A stretch of DNA of 63,814 nucleotides, filler included, from Octopus bimaculoides (Eukaryota): the NCBI RefSeq assembly GCF_001194135.2. It is 7 parts of 4 records of this genome, joined end to end, with 100 filler letters (N's around TTAATTAATTAA, not from the genome) between each part and the next. Parts side by side here need not be neighbours in the genome. Positions count along the whole stretch, not along the records: positions 34,243 to 39,521 come from NC_069007.1; positions 39,622 to 52,490 come from NC_068985.1; 5 more parts are not named here. One strand, 5' to 3'. Positions 37,079 through 48,714 of this stretch are shown in pieces. The notes under the pieces were generated by a model. That model worked only from the letters and a program-made list of their open reading frames with translations, searched no databases and was not told where the DNA came from. A program made the translations under genes and the position numbers. How positions within the stretch are numbered: position 1 is the first letter of the stretch; each line of letters starts with the position of its first letter.

Positions 37079-37462
37079 TTATCTACAACCACAGCTATCA
37101 ACTATCATGTTAGGCAAGTCTCTTTGTTCGATGACTGCATCATCGTTGAAGTAAAGCAGCGATAGGGAACTAAGAGCTGTCGGGGTACAACAGATAATCT
37201 GCGAACTGTTTTGTTTCAGGTTCGAGACCATGGAGGTGTGTGCGTAATCCTGTAGTAATTTGATATCACATTCCCCAGAGCAATAATTGGCACGATATGT
37301 TGATGGAATTATTATCCAATTCCATCCAAAATCAGCGAAAGTAACTTCCATTGGATACAAACAGCAACGGTTCTCAACTTTGGTGGCATCACACTGGAGT
37401 CCAACTCCTCTTTTACTTCTTTTGCGTCGGTTTGGAACCATCTGGATTTCCAAATACGGTTT
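37079..37462 (-). CDS. Myostatin/GDF8/11-like (myoglianin-like) TGF-beta ligand, terminal exon encoding furin site and mature domain
   Basis: Acceptor tttttttctttctaccatttccAG (37463-64), phase 0, begins KPYLEI (vertebrate myostatin exon 3 begins NPFLEV). RRKRSKR cleavage site; 9-Cys mature domain QC...RCCLYP...FGWNWII.P..Y.ANYCSGEC...ICCTP...SLLYF...PNMIVDSCGCR; stop TAA at 37079-81. Confidence 0.92.
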   Translation of the reverse strand, partial: KPYLEIQMVPNRRKRSKRGVGLQCDATKVENRCCLYPMEVTFADFGWNWIIIPSTYRANYCSGECDIKLLQDYAHTSMVSNLKQNSSQIICCTPTALSSLSLLYFNDDAVIEQRDLPNMIVDSCGCR

Positions 37463-38097
37463 CTGGAAATGGTAGAAAGAAAAAAAATATTTAAAAAATA
37501 ACATTAAAAACAACGTTGAAAAAAAAAAATAACAACTTAACATAAGTACAACACCTGAATTTTTTTTGTGGGTGGATGGGTGGGGGGACTAATCAATCAT
37601 ATCGATCCCAGTACTTAGTTGGTATTTGTTGTGTCGATGCCCCCAGGCGAAGAAGTAGGATCTCCCAAGACATATAAATAGAGGTGGTCTGGCCGTGGTA
37701 GGTGTGTTGAGTAGCAGTCGAGTAGCAGTTGTGTAGCGGTTGAGTAGAGATCATCCGGAGGCGCTAGATAGCAGTAGCGTTGAGACATAACAGTATTTTA
37801 TTTTATTGACCCTGGAGGGATAAAGGCAAAGCTGATCTCGGCGAGATTTGAACGTAAAACAATGGTATCTGATTTAGATATACGGTTAATAATTTTACGG
37901 GGAGAAGTTAGTCGATATGTTTGTCCCGAGTATTTGACTGGTACTTTAGTTTATCGACCCCGGAGGGGTGAAAGGTAAAGATGATTTCAGCAAAATTTGA
38001 ACGTAAAACAATGGTTTCTGTTTCGATACAGCGCTAGCAATTTTACAGAGAAGAGTAAGTGGTTCACAACTTTTTTTGACACACGAAACTCTTTGAT

Positions 38098-38200
38098 GTG
38101 GAGGCACTTGGCCTAGTGGTTAGAACAGCAAACTCGCGGTCGAGGGATCGCGGGTTCGAATCTCACACCGGGCGATATGTGTGTGTGTTCGTGAGCGAAC
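38098..38200 (+). mobile_element. SINE family D tRNA-derived head
   Basis: gtggaggcacttggcctagtggttagaacagcaaactcgcggtcgagggatcgcgggttcgaatctcacaccgggcga: A and B boxes present but no complete cloverleaf. Confidence 0.65.
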
Positions 38201-38244
38201 ACACATTTAAATTTAAATGTTGAAGCTACTTTCAGTTTCCTATT

Positions 38245-38485
38245 TCTTTATTGCCCACAAGGGGCGAAACATAGAGGGGACAAACAAAGGGCTAAACATA
38301 GAGGGGACAAACAAAGGGATTAAGTCGATTATATCGACCCAGTGCGTAACTGGTACTTAATTTATCGAGCCCGAAAGGATGAAAGGCAAAGTCGACCTCG
38401 GCGGAATTTGAACTCAGAACGTAACGGCAGACGAAATACCGCTAAGCATTTCGCCCGGCGTGCTAACGTTTCTGCCAGCTTGCCG
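38245..38485 (-). mobile_element. SINE family A, young, with duplicated tail block
   Basis: Near-identical to the reverse of 54917-55147; aaacatagaggggacaaacaaaggg occurs twice in tandem. Confidence 0.9.
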
Positions 38486-38494
38486 GCTTCTCTC

Positions 38495-38640
38495 AGTTTC
38501 CGTCTACCAAATCCACTCACAAGGCTTTGGTCGGCCTGAGGTTATAGTAGAAGACACTTGCCCAAGTTGCAACGCAATGGGACTGAATCCGGAACCATGT
38601 GGTTGGTAAGCAAGCTTCTTAGCACAGTCACTCCTGCACC
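38495..38640 (-). mobile_element. SINE family B head abutting family A
   Basis: cagtttccgtctaccaaatccactcacaaggctttggtcggcctgagg...ggtaagcaagcttcttagcac. Confidence 0.8.
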
Positions 38641-39521
38641 ACTCCCACAGGAAGTGAGAGACCCCTAGTCTTTAAGGGATCCCTCTAGGAGAAGGCTAAC
38701 TCGTATATAAAATTCACTGCACAGAATACAAACAGCAAATTCCGTAAGGTGTCTGCTCCAACGTTTTCACGGTTCTGCATATCCACAGCCTCAGATTCGA
38801 ACTTTATTTATCGACCGCGAAGTGGTAACAAGCAAAGTTGATTTGGGTGAGATTTGAACTGACAGCGCAGAGAGTTGGAACTCAGATCAGTGAAGTTACA
38901 AACGAGGCCACAGAAAAAAAATAAACGAAGGTTCCTTTCGCACGGCGTTTCTTGTTTTGAAGTCTAATTCCGCAGGATTCTGTTTAACCCTTCACATTAA
39001 AGAGCTTTAACTACGTCATCATACACATCACACACACGTCACACACGTCACACGTCACACACACACACACAGTCACAGCGTCGCAGATATAGTCACGTCC
39101 CCACCGCCTTCTCTGTTTATACCTTCACTTGAACAGTTGATGAGTAAGTTGATATGCAACATGTCACATGTAAGACACACACACACACACAAACACACAC
39201 ACTCTCTCACACATACACATATAATATAAATATACATATATATATATATATACATACACACACAAATGCATACATATACACACAAACGCACACACACACA
39301 CACACACACATACACACATGCTATAGGCATACGTACATGCACACACAAATGCATACATATACACACAAACACACACACACAAATGCACATACTATAAACA
39401 TACGTACATGCACATACAGATGCATACACACACAAACGCACGCACACACAGATACACACACAGAGACACACACACACACGCACAGATCATCTTCACCACC
39501 ACCACCACCATAACCACCACC

Positions 39522-39621
39522 NNNNNNNNNNNNNNNNNNNNNNNNNNNNNNNNNNNNNNNNNNNNTTAATTAATTAANNNNNNNNNNNNNNNNNNNNNNN
39601 NNNNNNNNNNNNNNNNNNNNN
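39522..39621. other. Artificial scaffold linker
   Basis: 44N-TTAATTAATTAA-44N. Confidence 0.95.
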
Positions 39622-40315
39622 GTGTTTGTAAGAGACAGAGTGTGAGTGAGAGAGAGGGGTTTGTTGTCATGTATACGTACATGCATAAATATATATACAT
39701 CTTTGGATGTATGCATATGACAACACAGCTCTTGACTCACTCGCACTCTGTCTCTTACAAACACGCACGCGCGCGCATACACACGTGTGTCTTCGTAAAT
39801 ATGTTTGTATACGTTTATGTATGTGTGTGTTTGTAAGAGACACAGTGTGAGTGAGTCAAGGTGTGTGTGTGTGCGTGTGTATGTGTGTGAGACAGAGTGA
39901 GAGAGCGGTGTGTATGTTGTATTTACTCTCTCTCTCTCTCATACACACTCACACACACACTCACACACAAAATAGAGAGTGAAGCTTTTTGCCGTTGTTA
40001 CGTCAATACCGGAAGTTGACATTGAGGAACCTTTTTAAAGAAGTGAATCTTAAATATAAAGCGATATTATTTATTTTTAATTAGAGATAAAAAGAAAATC
40101 AAATGAAGAGCCTAACATTTATCCGAGGTCAAATTATTCACGCATCACAAGTATGGAAGCATTTGGTGAAGTCGATTACACACACATCTCTGTTTTATAT
40201 ATAGTATATATTTACTCTCTCTCTCTCTCTCATACACACGCACACACACACACACAAAGATGTATGCATATTTATGCATGTACGTATACATGACAACAAA
40301 CCTCTCTCTCTCTCT
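39622..40315. repeat. Nested inverted repeats within a microsatellite-rich block
   Basis: ~55-bp arms at 39651-39705 and 40255-40309 (3 mismatches); 34-bp arms at 39731-39764 and 39827-39860 (32/34). Confidence 0.75.
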
Positions 40316-40450
40316 CTCTCTGTCACACACACACACACACACACTTCCATTTCATCTGATGTGTGATACTCTGTGTGTGTGCGTGCGCGTGCNNNNNNNN
40401 NNCAGCATGTTTTGCATTTTTCCTTCCAGTATATAAGCAACAATTTCATT

Positions 40451-40478
40451 CCCGGGCAACGCCGGGTTGCTCTGCTAG
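40451..40478 (+). mobile_element. Helitron 3' terminus (5' end not located)
   Basis: GC-rich hairpin CCCGG-GCAACG-CCGGG, 8 nt spacer, then CTAG followed by T: the canonical Helitron 3' signature. Confidence 0.65.
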
Positions 40479-40596
40479 TGGTTATATAAATGCCAAAATG
40501 TACATAATAAACTAATGTAGAAATTTAATTCTTTTTACTTCTCGTTTCTTTCAACTTGTTGAATTTATTTCTGTATATTTATGAAACTGTATTTTC

Positions 40597-41075
40597 TTTA
40601 TGTGTTACAGTCGGGAAGAGATTGTGTGAATACTATATCTTTATTTACAATGTTTTCGATCGTAAGTTATAACAAATATTATTATTTCTTAATTAAAAGC
40701 TATAATGATAATCTCGTTAGTTATAACTTAATTATAAGTATTTATCACTAAGCATAACTCTAGTTTAGGCTGCGTAAATGTTATGATGTATACATACCAA
40801 GACGCTGAACGTGCGTTCAATACGTACATGTATGTTGAAGATATAGATTTGTACTCTTTTGACCGTTACACGAATCTATATCTTCAACATACATGTACGC
40901 AGCCTAAACTAGAGTTATGCTTAGTGATAAACACTTATAATTAAGTTATAAGTAACGAGATTATCATTATAGCTTTTAATTAAGAAATAATAATATTTCT
41001 TATAACTTACGATCGAAAACATTGTAAATAAAGATATAGTATTCACACAATCACTTCCCGACCGTAACACATAAA
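40597..41075. repeat. 479-bp near-perfect fold-back
   Basis: Outer arms 40597-40776 and 40896-41075 (175/180 identical); inner 27-bp perfect stem 40823-40849 / 40873-40899; 23-nt loop; 46-nt one-sided bulge. Confidence 0.92.
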
Positions 41076-41299
41076 AGTTCCTTACTACTGCTGCCAGGGA
41101 CGGCCAAGAATCCATGTCCAGTAGGTGCCGCCAGAAATGATCATTCCCTAGTTAACTGCTGTGGTTATGGTAGACATCGAAGAAGACACAAAAAGTATCG
41201 AAGCCTACCAAGCTGAAAAAGAGAACTGGGATGGAACACCTCATCCAAACTAATAAAAAAGTGCGGATGCTAACCCAGGCTAAATACATCTGTCAGCCG

Positions 41300-41472
41300 C
41301 TCTCTTCCGGAAAACTTTTTGCCTAGCATCGACGGAAAACTTCCAAAAATCTCTTGCCTGGCAGTGCTGCTGGGGAGCATTGCCCATTCGAGATAAACTT
41401 TACAGGCACGAAGAGCAGACACCCGAGCATGTCCAAGATGCTTGCATGGCGATGAAACCGCCATGCATGCAC
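41300..41472 (+). pseudogene. Tx1/L1-clade LINE ORF2 C-terminal zinc-finger (zf-RVT-like) fragment
   Basis: ENFQKSLAWQCCWGALPIRDKLYRH then, after a frameshift, RACPRCLHGDETAMHA (CxxC...ET..H). Confidence 0.7.
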
Positions 41473-42582
41473 AATTCCGTTACTGATTTGTAGGTTTATG
41501 TCAAATACCTGCTGTCACGTGTGGGACTGATCCGACTATCAACTGAATCTATAGTGAAGATGGCCTGGCCGTCTTCTTTTAACCGGTAAGTCTAGGTCGT
41601 TTTTATATGCCTGTGGTTATAACATGGAAGTATCCAAAGAGCATTTGAGGCACATAATGCTTTATGAGTACAAAAAAGGAAACTCTGCAGCCGAAGCGAC
41701 TCGAAACACACTCAGTTTATGGGAAAGAATGCTTGAATGAAAGAACTTGCAGAAGATGGTTTGCAAAATTCAGAAGTGGAGATTTCAGCTTTGAAGATGA
41801 AAAACGAACAGGACGCCCAGTTGAGTTTGATGATAAGCTCCTTGAGGCATTACTTGAAGAAAATCCTGCATTATCAGTTGAAGAATTGACTATAAAGCNN
41901 NNNNNNNNNNNNNNNNNNNNNNNNNNNNNNNNNNNNNNNNNNNNNNNNNNNNNNNNNNNNNNNNNNNNNNNNNNNNNNNNNNNNNNNNNNNNNNNNNNNN
42001 NNNNNNNNNNNNNNNNNNNNNNNNNNNNNNNNNNNNNNNNNNNNNNNNNNNNNNNNNNNNNNNNNNNNNNNNNNNNNNNNNNNNNNNNNNNNNNNNNNNN
42101 NNNNNNNNNNNNNNNNNNNNNNNNNNNNNNNNNNNNNNNNNNNNNNNNNNNNNNNNNNNNNNNNNNNNNNNNNNNNNNNNNNNNNNNNNNNNNNNNNNNN
42201 NNNNNNNNNNNNNNNNNNNNNNNNNNNNNNNNNNNNNNNNNNNNNNNNNNNNNNAATAGCTTGGTTGGGAAAAATTTCCTCATCCACCTTATTCTCCCGA
42301 TCTTGCTCCTTCAGACTACCATTTGTTTCGTAGTTTACAGAATCATTTGGGGGACATAACTTTCGCAAGCCAGGAGGAGGTCGAAATTGACATTTCAGAG
42401 TTCTTCGCTTTGAAACCAGAAGAGTTTTACATTGATGGGATTAAAAAGCTTGTAAATAGATGAAAGGAAGTCATAGATAATCAGTGAAAGTACATTTATG
42501 ATTAAATTTCAATTAGATATAACATTTGATCATTTGTTTTCTTTATTCAAAATTCGGACAGAACTTATGGGATGACCTGATA
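41473..42582 (+). mobile_element. Defective mariner (Tc1/mariner, D,D34D-type) transposon; left TIR missing, centre in N gap
   Basis: ATG 41624 MEVSKEHLRHIMLYEYKKGNSAAEATRN / frameshift / HSVYGKECLNERTCRRWFAKFRSGDFSFEDEKRTGRP. After the gap: HPPYSPDLAPSDYHLFRSLQNHL...GIKKLVNR*KEVIDNQ*. Right TIR cggacagaacttatgggatgacctga + TA at 42555-42582. Confidence 0.92.
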
Positions 42583-42654
42583 CATGATAACACTTCCAGT
42601 CAGTTAAGATCAGAAGCCATGAGAGCCATTGCCTGGTTCAGCATCACGGTATAC

Positions 42655-42725
<71 letters not shown>

Positions 42726-44574
42726 GTTTTCTTTGTAGTTAGTTGTTAATGAGGTTTTGTTTGTGGAGTCAACTATTGCTGTAACAATAGAGTATAATGG
42801 AGAGTATTCGTAATCGGGATAAGAGTAGTGGTGCTACAACTTTTGTTGATCGAGTTCGCGACAGTGAGCTGGTATTAATAGGTGATACTAAATTCTAAAT
42901 TTTAGCATATTGAATTACTGAGATTTCGCAAGCCCCTGGTATACAACGCGTGCGCGCTCGTGTATATGCGCGTGTCTAAATAATATATAAGACTTCCATC
43001 TTTACCAAAAGAACGGCGTAAAAACTTGCGCTATCCACGCCGTTAATCAGTGTCAAACGTAACTAGCGTCGTAACCATGTAATTTATTAATAATTCTATT
43101 CTGTCACTGTTTTCTATCTACTTTGGAGTCATTCCAGAATGAAAACAGCAATGATGGCAAAAGCGTACGCATCCCAATTTTCACCTTTTTTCCCCTTGAA
43201 AATCTCAGCCTACGGAAGAAATACTTTTTAAAGTGCATAAGACATACAGGAAATAACTTAAGCATAGCCCAGCTAATTATGAAAACTTTTCATTTGATGC
43301 GTAGCAGTTACGTCTGCATATATCAAATCCAGTAGCCATTAAGAAATTCTTTTCTCGATGTCGAATGAATATATTAACAAAACAAAACAAAACGAAGCTA
43401 CAAACAAAAATCTAAATAATGTTCTTTGATGTAGCTTCTGTTTGATGTGAATAAATTGTCTTGTGTCTCGATCTAGAAGCTGTGTAAATTAGGCAATATT
43501 CATTATGCAATAAATGTTCTAGATTGGTTTCGGTTTTCTTTTCGATACAAATCATAAATCTATTTCATGTTTTAAAATGTTCGTTCATTTACATAATCTA
43601 GATGCAGGCCTTCGACAACAGTTTGAAGTTTTGTTGAGTATAGAATAAGGTGACTTAACACGAAATATATACTTATCTGTTTCGGAAAAGTGTAGCTGAA
43701 GTTAGTTTACAGTAAGATAGATCGGTTTTTAAAACCTTATTGAGAGGACTCCCATAACGTTGACATAACGGCAAAAGTGTATTATGTTGTCACTTAATCT
43801 ACTGAAGTCGAATACTGATGGTAATAATATTAGTGTTGAGGTTTAAGATACGAGTTAGAGATATATGTGATAACTGTATTATTGGACGCATCTAACTGTT
43901 TAAGAACTGCGTGATTATTTCTCTGTGCATTAATGTTATACTGATACAAGAAAGGAATGCACAAGTTTCCTATTCCCTCCGACATCTTAAGTATTTGTTA
44001 ATTGATCGAGTAGATAAGTGCAAGTGTTTCAGTGTTGAAGTAATAGTCATAAGAACAATAACAATAACAAAAATGGCAAAACAACGATCGCAAGAAGGAT
44101 GTTCCTTCTTCTGAACTGTCAAGTGACAGATGAAGGAGAACTTAGTCTCACGCACACAAAGGCCCAGGAATTTAAGCGGTTGAATGTAATAACAGATAAG
44201 TATACTCACATGAAGTGACGTAAAGACGACTAAGGTTGATATAAAAGTTTACCACCCGACAGTTCCAAGGAAAATTCAACCTCTTTTTAAATTAGATGTT
44301 GAGAAATATGCTACACAAATTGACAGGCTTGAATATAAAATATTGTAGCTTGGAGGATGGGAGGCAGTACTAATCAATAGATCTCCTTTCAACAAGAGGG
44401 AGTATAGATAATACTTTCAACCTCCAAAGAATTTGCAGAAATGTAAGAATAACAGTTCTAACAATAAATTTTCCGAAAGAGATAGTTAAGCTCACAGCTG
44501 TCTAAGTCTATAATTCGGTTTCAGTTATTAGTTAGAGACACTTCAATATTTTTCTGTCATTATTACTCTTCAGG

Positions 44575-45022
44575 GAAGGGTGGTGAGCTGGCGTAATCGT
44601 TAGCGCTCCAGGAAAAACGCTTAGTGGCATTTCGCCCATCTTTACGTTCTGAGCTCAAACTCCGCCGACGTCGGCTATGCTTTTCATCCTCTCGTCTCGC
44701 TAAAATAAGTACTATTTGAGCATTGGGGTCGACCTAATCGACTTAGCTCCTTCCCCCAAATTTCTGGACTTGTTGCCAAAATTCGAAACTATTATTACTC
44801 CTCAGGGGAAGGCGGTAAGCTGGCAGAATCGTTAGCACTCTGCACAAAATGCTTAGCGGCATTTCGCCCGTCTTTACGTTCTGAGTTCAAATTTCGCCGT
44901 GGTCGACTTTGCCTTTCATCCTTTTGGGTCCAATAAAATAAGTACCAGTCAAATACTGGAGTTGAGGTAATCGACTTAACCTTTTCCCGAAATTATTGGC
45001 TTTCCGTCAAAAATTGAAACCA
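44575..45022 (+). mobile_element. Two head-to-tail SINE family A copies
   Basis: Heads at ~44577 (agggtggtgagctggc) and ~44808 (aaggcggtaagctggcagaatcgttagc), each with ttactc.tcaggg.a flanking sequence. Confidence 0.85.
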
Positions 45023-45673
45023 AAGATTTTATTATTTCTATTCATCAATATATTGCAAAGCTTTCTGTTAAATAACGACCATATATATACATATATACAT
45101 GTATATATATATATATATAATATAAATAATATATAAACATATGCATATATCCATGCATATANNNNNNNNNNNNNNNNNNNNNNNNNNNNNNNNNNNNNNN
45201 NNNNNNNNNNNNNNNNNNNNNNNNNNNNNNNNNNNNNNNNNNNNNNNNNNNNNNNNNNNNNNNNNNNNNNNNNNNNNNNNNNNNNNNNNNNNNNNNNNNN
45301 NNNNNNNNNNNNNNNNNNNNNNNNNNNNNNNNNNNNNNNNNNNNNNNNNNNNNNNNNNNNNNNNNNNNNNNNNNNNNNNNNNNNNNNNNNNNNNNNNNNN
45401 NNNNNNNNNNNNNNNNNNNNNNNNNNATATATGAACAGCCACACACACATGAGCATATACATATATATATGATATATATATATATATATATTTCAGTTTT
45501 ATTATTGTTCTTATTTTAGTATCTTGTGTCACTAAGACACTAAAACAACAGCAATAATAAAGCTGAAGTGAAGAACAAATACATAGTTCGTGTGGTTAAA
45601 TGGCGAATATAAGAAATAACCGTCTCTAAGTATAGCAATACCTGTTTCAACACACGATTTCACGTCAAGAATC

Positions 45674-46045
45674 TTGTGAAGAAGCTTACTTCTCAATCAC
45701 ATGGTTCTGGGTTCAGTCCTACTGCGTGGCAAATTGGGCAAGCGTCTTGTACTATAGCCTCAGACAGACCAAATCTTTGTGAGTGGAATTTCGTAGGCGG
45801 AAACTGAAAGAAGCTCGTAGTATACACACACACACACATGTATATGTTTATGTGTGCGTGCCTTTGTGTCTGTAGTGTTTGCGTCCCCTTAACTTAGCGG
45901 TTCGGCAAAAGAAAACGATAGTATAAGTACTAGGCTTACAAAGAATAAGTCCTGGGGGCGATTTCTTCGAGTAAAACCACTTTAAAGCGGTGCTCCAGCA
46001 AGGCCGCAGTTAAATGACCGAAACAGATAAATGAATAAAAGAAAA
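45674..46045 (+). mobile_element. SINE family B
   Basis: gaagcttacttctcaatcacatggttctgggttcagtcc...ggcaaattgggcaagcgtcttg...gcggtgctccagcaaggccgcag. Confidence 0.85.
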
Positions 46046-46287
46046 AATATACAAATGTCTGAAAAGTAAATAGACGCATTGACACAACTCTGACACAACT
46101 CAATTATACCGTTTTATCTGTGCAGTCAGTACTCGGTGTTTCAAACTTGTTAATGTATTATGCGCAATGCATGTCACCTAAATATTTATTTAAGTACTTA
46201 AATGCTTCAAATGGCATTATTTTGTCTCTAAAAATAAATCTTTCAAAAATAATGGTTTCTATTTATTTTTGAGATGTCTTTCCCGCT

Positions 46288-46425
<138 letters not shown>

Positions 46426-47419
46426 CACATACATTAATTCCAATAGTTTAGATACTAAGTTAATAGCCAGACAGTTTAATATTTAGTTTTACGAAGATCT
46501 TTAAATTTAGGGGATACAAACATATTATTATATTATTATCAATAATGTATTTTCTGGGTTAAAAATGCCGACCAAAAACAAGGTAAGTACCGTAAGTAAA
46601 AGTATCTTAGACACTATTTGTCTTAAAATTAAACAAACGACATATGAGGTAACGGTAGTTTTGTTATCAACTATTTCAATAGTGTTATTAATAAGCATCA
46701 ATATAAATCCACCCATCTTCGTATTATTGAAATTTATCCCTTGAAGATTAAATCTTTGCTTCAAAAAATATCAGATTTAGCCAAGAAATGTATACTTCGT
46801 TCAGAAATTCTGATACCAGCATGATTATGCATGCAAAAATCATTGCTTTTTTCGATGCTATATAGTTGTAAAAATAAGTAACGTTAATCCTCTAGATATA
46901 GCGATGAACAACCTAAACTTTTCAAAATTTATTTGGCTATATTTTATATTTATTACATAAGTGTTGATAATTTGCTGCACGGTTTATATCTAGATAATTG
47001 GATCATTATTCTAGATACTATGAATGTTCAAATGTTAGATTGTCTCAGAAAAAAAAAATCTCTTTCAAGTTATATATGCTTAAAGATTAATGTTAATATA
47101 AATATTCATAGTTATTATTTTTTGGGGGATACTACTTTAAATTTAGAAATCTATAAATACTTCCCATTTAATCACGATACATAAATATCGCTTTATACTA
47201 TCGGCGTCTCATGAATAATTTCATAAGGAACATTAGAAAACGCTTATTCAGTTTTTTCATCTCATAAATCTTCAGAAAAAAAAAATCAACAGAATATTAC
47301 AATTAAGCATTGATGTGCAGGGCTATTAAGGGAAAATATTAATTACATATATGATGACAATGACGATGCTGGTGGTGGTAATAATAATAATAATATAATA
47401 ATAATAATAATAATGATAA

Positions 47420-47572
47420 TACGCAAAACACTTTCAATACAGTAACCATAAGAGCATCACAGCAAACCACAGCACATATCCAAGGCACACAGAGCTGCGC
47501 TCGGTAGTGAAGTGAAAGTACGTTATAAAAATAAAACTACTGAACAATAATAATAATAATAATAATAATGAT
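47420..47572 (+). mobile_element. Dong/R4-like LINE 3' end inserted in (AAT)n
   Basis: cgcaaaacactttcaatacagtaa...gagctgcgctcggtagtgaagtgaaag...actactgaa(caataataat)n; near-identical to 52718-52852; (AAT)n on both sides. Confidence 0.75.
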
Positions 47573-47574
47573 AA

Positions 47575-47789
47575 TCCTTTCTACTAAAGACACGAGGTCT
47601 GAAATTTTGGGGGACGGCACTAGTCGATTATATCGACCCAGTGTTTCACTGGTACTTAATTTATCGACCCCGAAAGCATGAAAGGCAAAGTCGACCTCGG
47701 CGGAATTGAACTCAGGACATAGCAGCAGACGAAATACCGCTAAACATTTGGCCCGGCGTGCTAACGATTCTGTCAGCTTGTCGCCTTAA
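47575..47789 (-). mobile_element. SINE family A
   Basis: tcgattatatcgaccca...ttatcgaccccgaaagcatgaaaggcaaagtcgacctcggcggaattgaactcagg...cagcttgtcgcc. Confidence 0.85.
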
Positions 47790-47790
47790 C

Positions 47791-47828
<38 letters not shown>

Positions 47829-47863
47829 TAATAATAATAATAATGATAATAATAATAATAATA

Positions 47864-47895
<32 letters not shown>

Positions 47896-48189
47896 AATAA
47901 TAATAATCATAATAATATTAATAATAATAATAATAACAATAATAATAATAAATTCTTTTTTTAACAACTAAATGTTCAAGGACAGTACAGGAAGGTACAG
48001 AATAATATAATATGGTGGTCACATAAAAGATTGTAAAATAACAGAAACAAGAGAGCAAAAATTTCAATCAGTGTTTCTTCAAAAGGATAGGAGAGACCTC
48101 CGAAGTCTGTTCGTGGAAACACTACAAAACCACGATAACCTTGACCACTAGGACACGTGCCCTCTCCTTATCCTCTTCACTTAATCTAT

Positions 48190-48420
48190 AGGCGCATACT
48201 CAAAGCAAGCCCGTTCACCTTTACGAATTTTCATCCCTCTTTCAATATATTTGCTGTAAAGCAAGACTTCGTTGATGAGGAGTTGGCCAAAAAGGAAAAT
48301 ATCTGTCATCAGCCTTTTCAGTTTTGTCCATCATGCAGCATGTTTGGCGAAAGCCACCAGATAGACCAGACAGATAAAACTGTCTGTCCTTTCCAGTCAA
48401 AGTAAGGTAACAAAACGATC
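48190..48420 (-). pseudogene. Tx1/L1-clade LINE ORF2 extreme C-terminus, degraded
   Basis: The minus strand reads FICLVYLVAFAKHAA*WTKLKRLMTDIFLFGQLLIN..., resembling the A-K-x-x-x-W-x-x-R C-terminal helix of L1/Tx1 ORF2. Confidence 0.5.
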
Positions 48421-48714
48421 TTCACAATGAACTCAGATGATAGCCGGACCTGTTTCTCACGTGACAGAAGGTGTTCAACTTAACTCCACAAGTCATTAAT
48501 GCTCGGTTTCACCTTCAAAACCGCCTCTCACTTTAATTTCTTGTTAATTTCTTGTTAGCTGGTCGGTAATGACGAAGTGATTTTGAAATTTTTTCTGCGC
48601 TTCGAAATATTTTCTTTCTTTTAAAATTATAGTCAACTAAGAAACAAGATAGAATAATAAAATTAACATAAACATTTATAAAGAAGAATAAGGCTCAAAC
48701 TCACGGATCTTTCA

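Noticed and set aside
38098-38175. Possible tRNA gene (also 55372, 17135, 17803)
   Set aside because: A/B boxes are present but the acceptor and anticodon stems are incomplete, and each continues into a SINE body.
44100-44290. GTGAGT donor on the minus strand as possible myostatin exon 2
   Set aside because: The required phase-0 frame hits TAA 14 codons upstream and shows no prodomain similarity.
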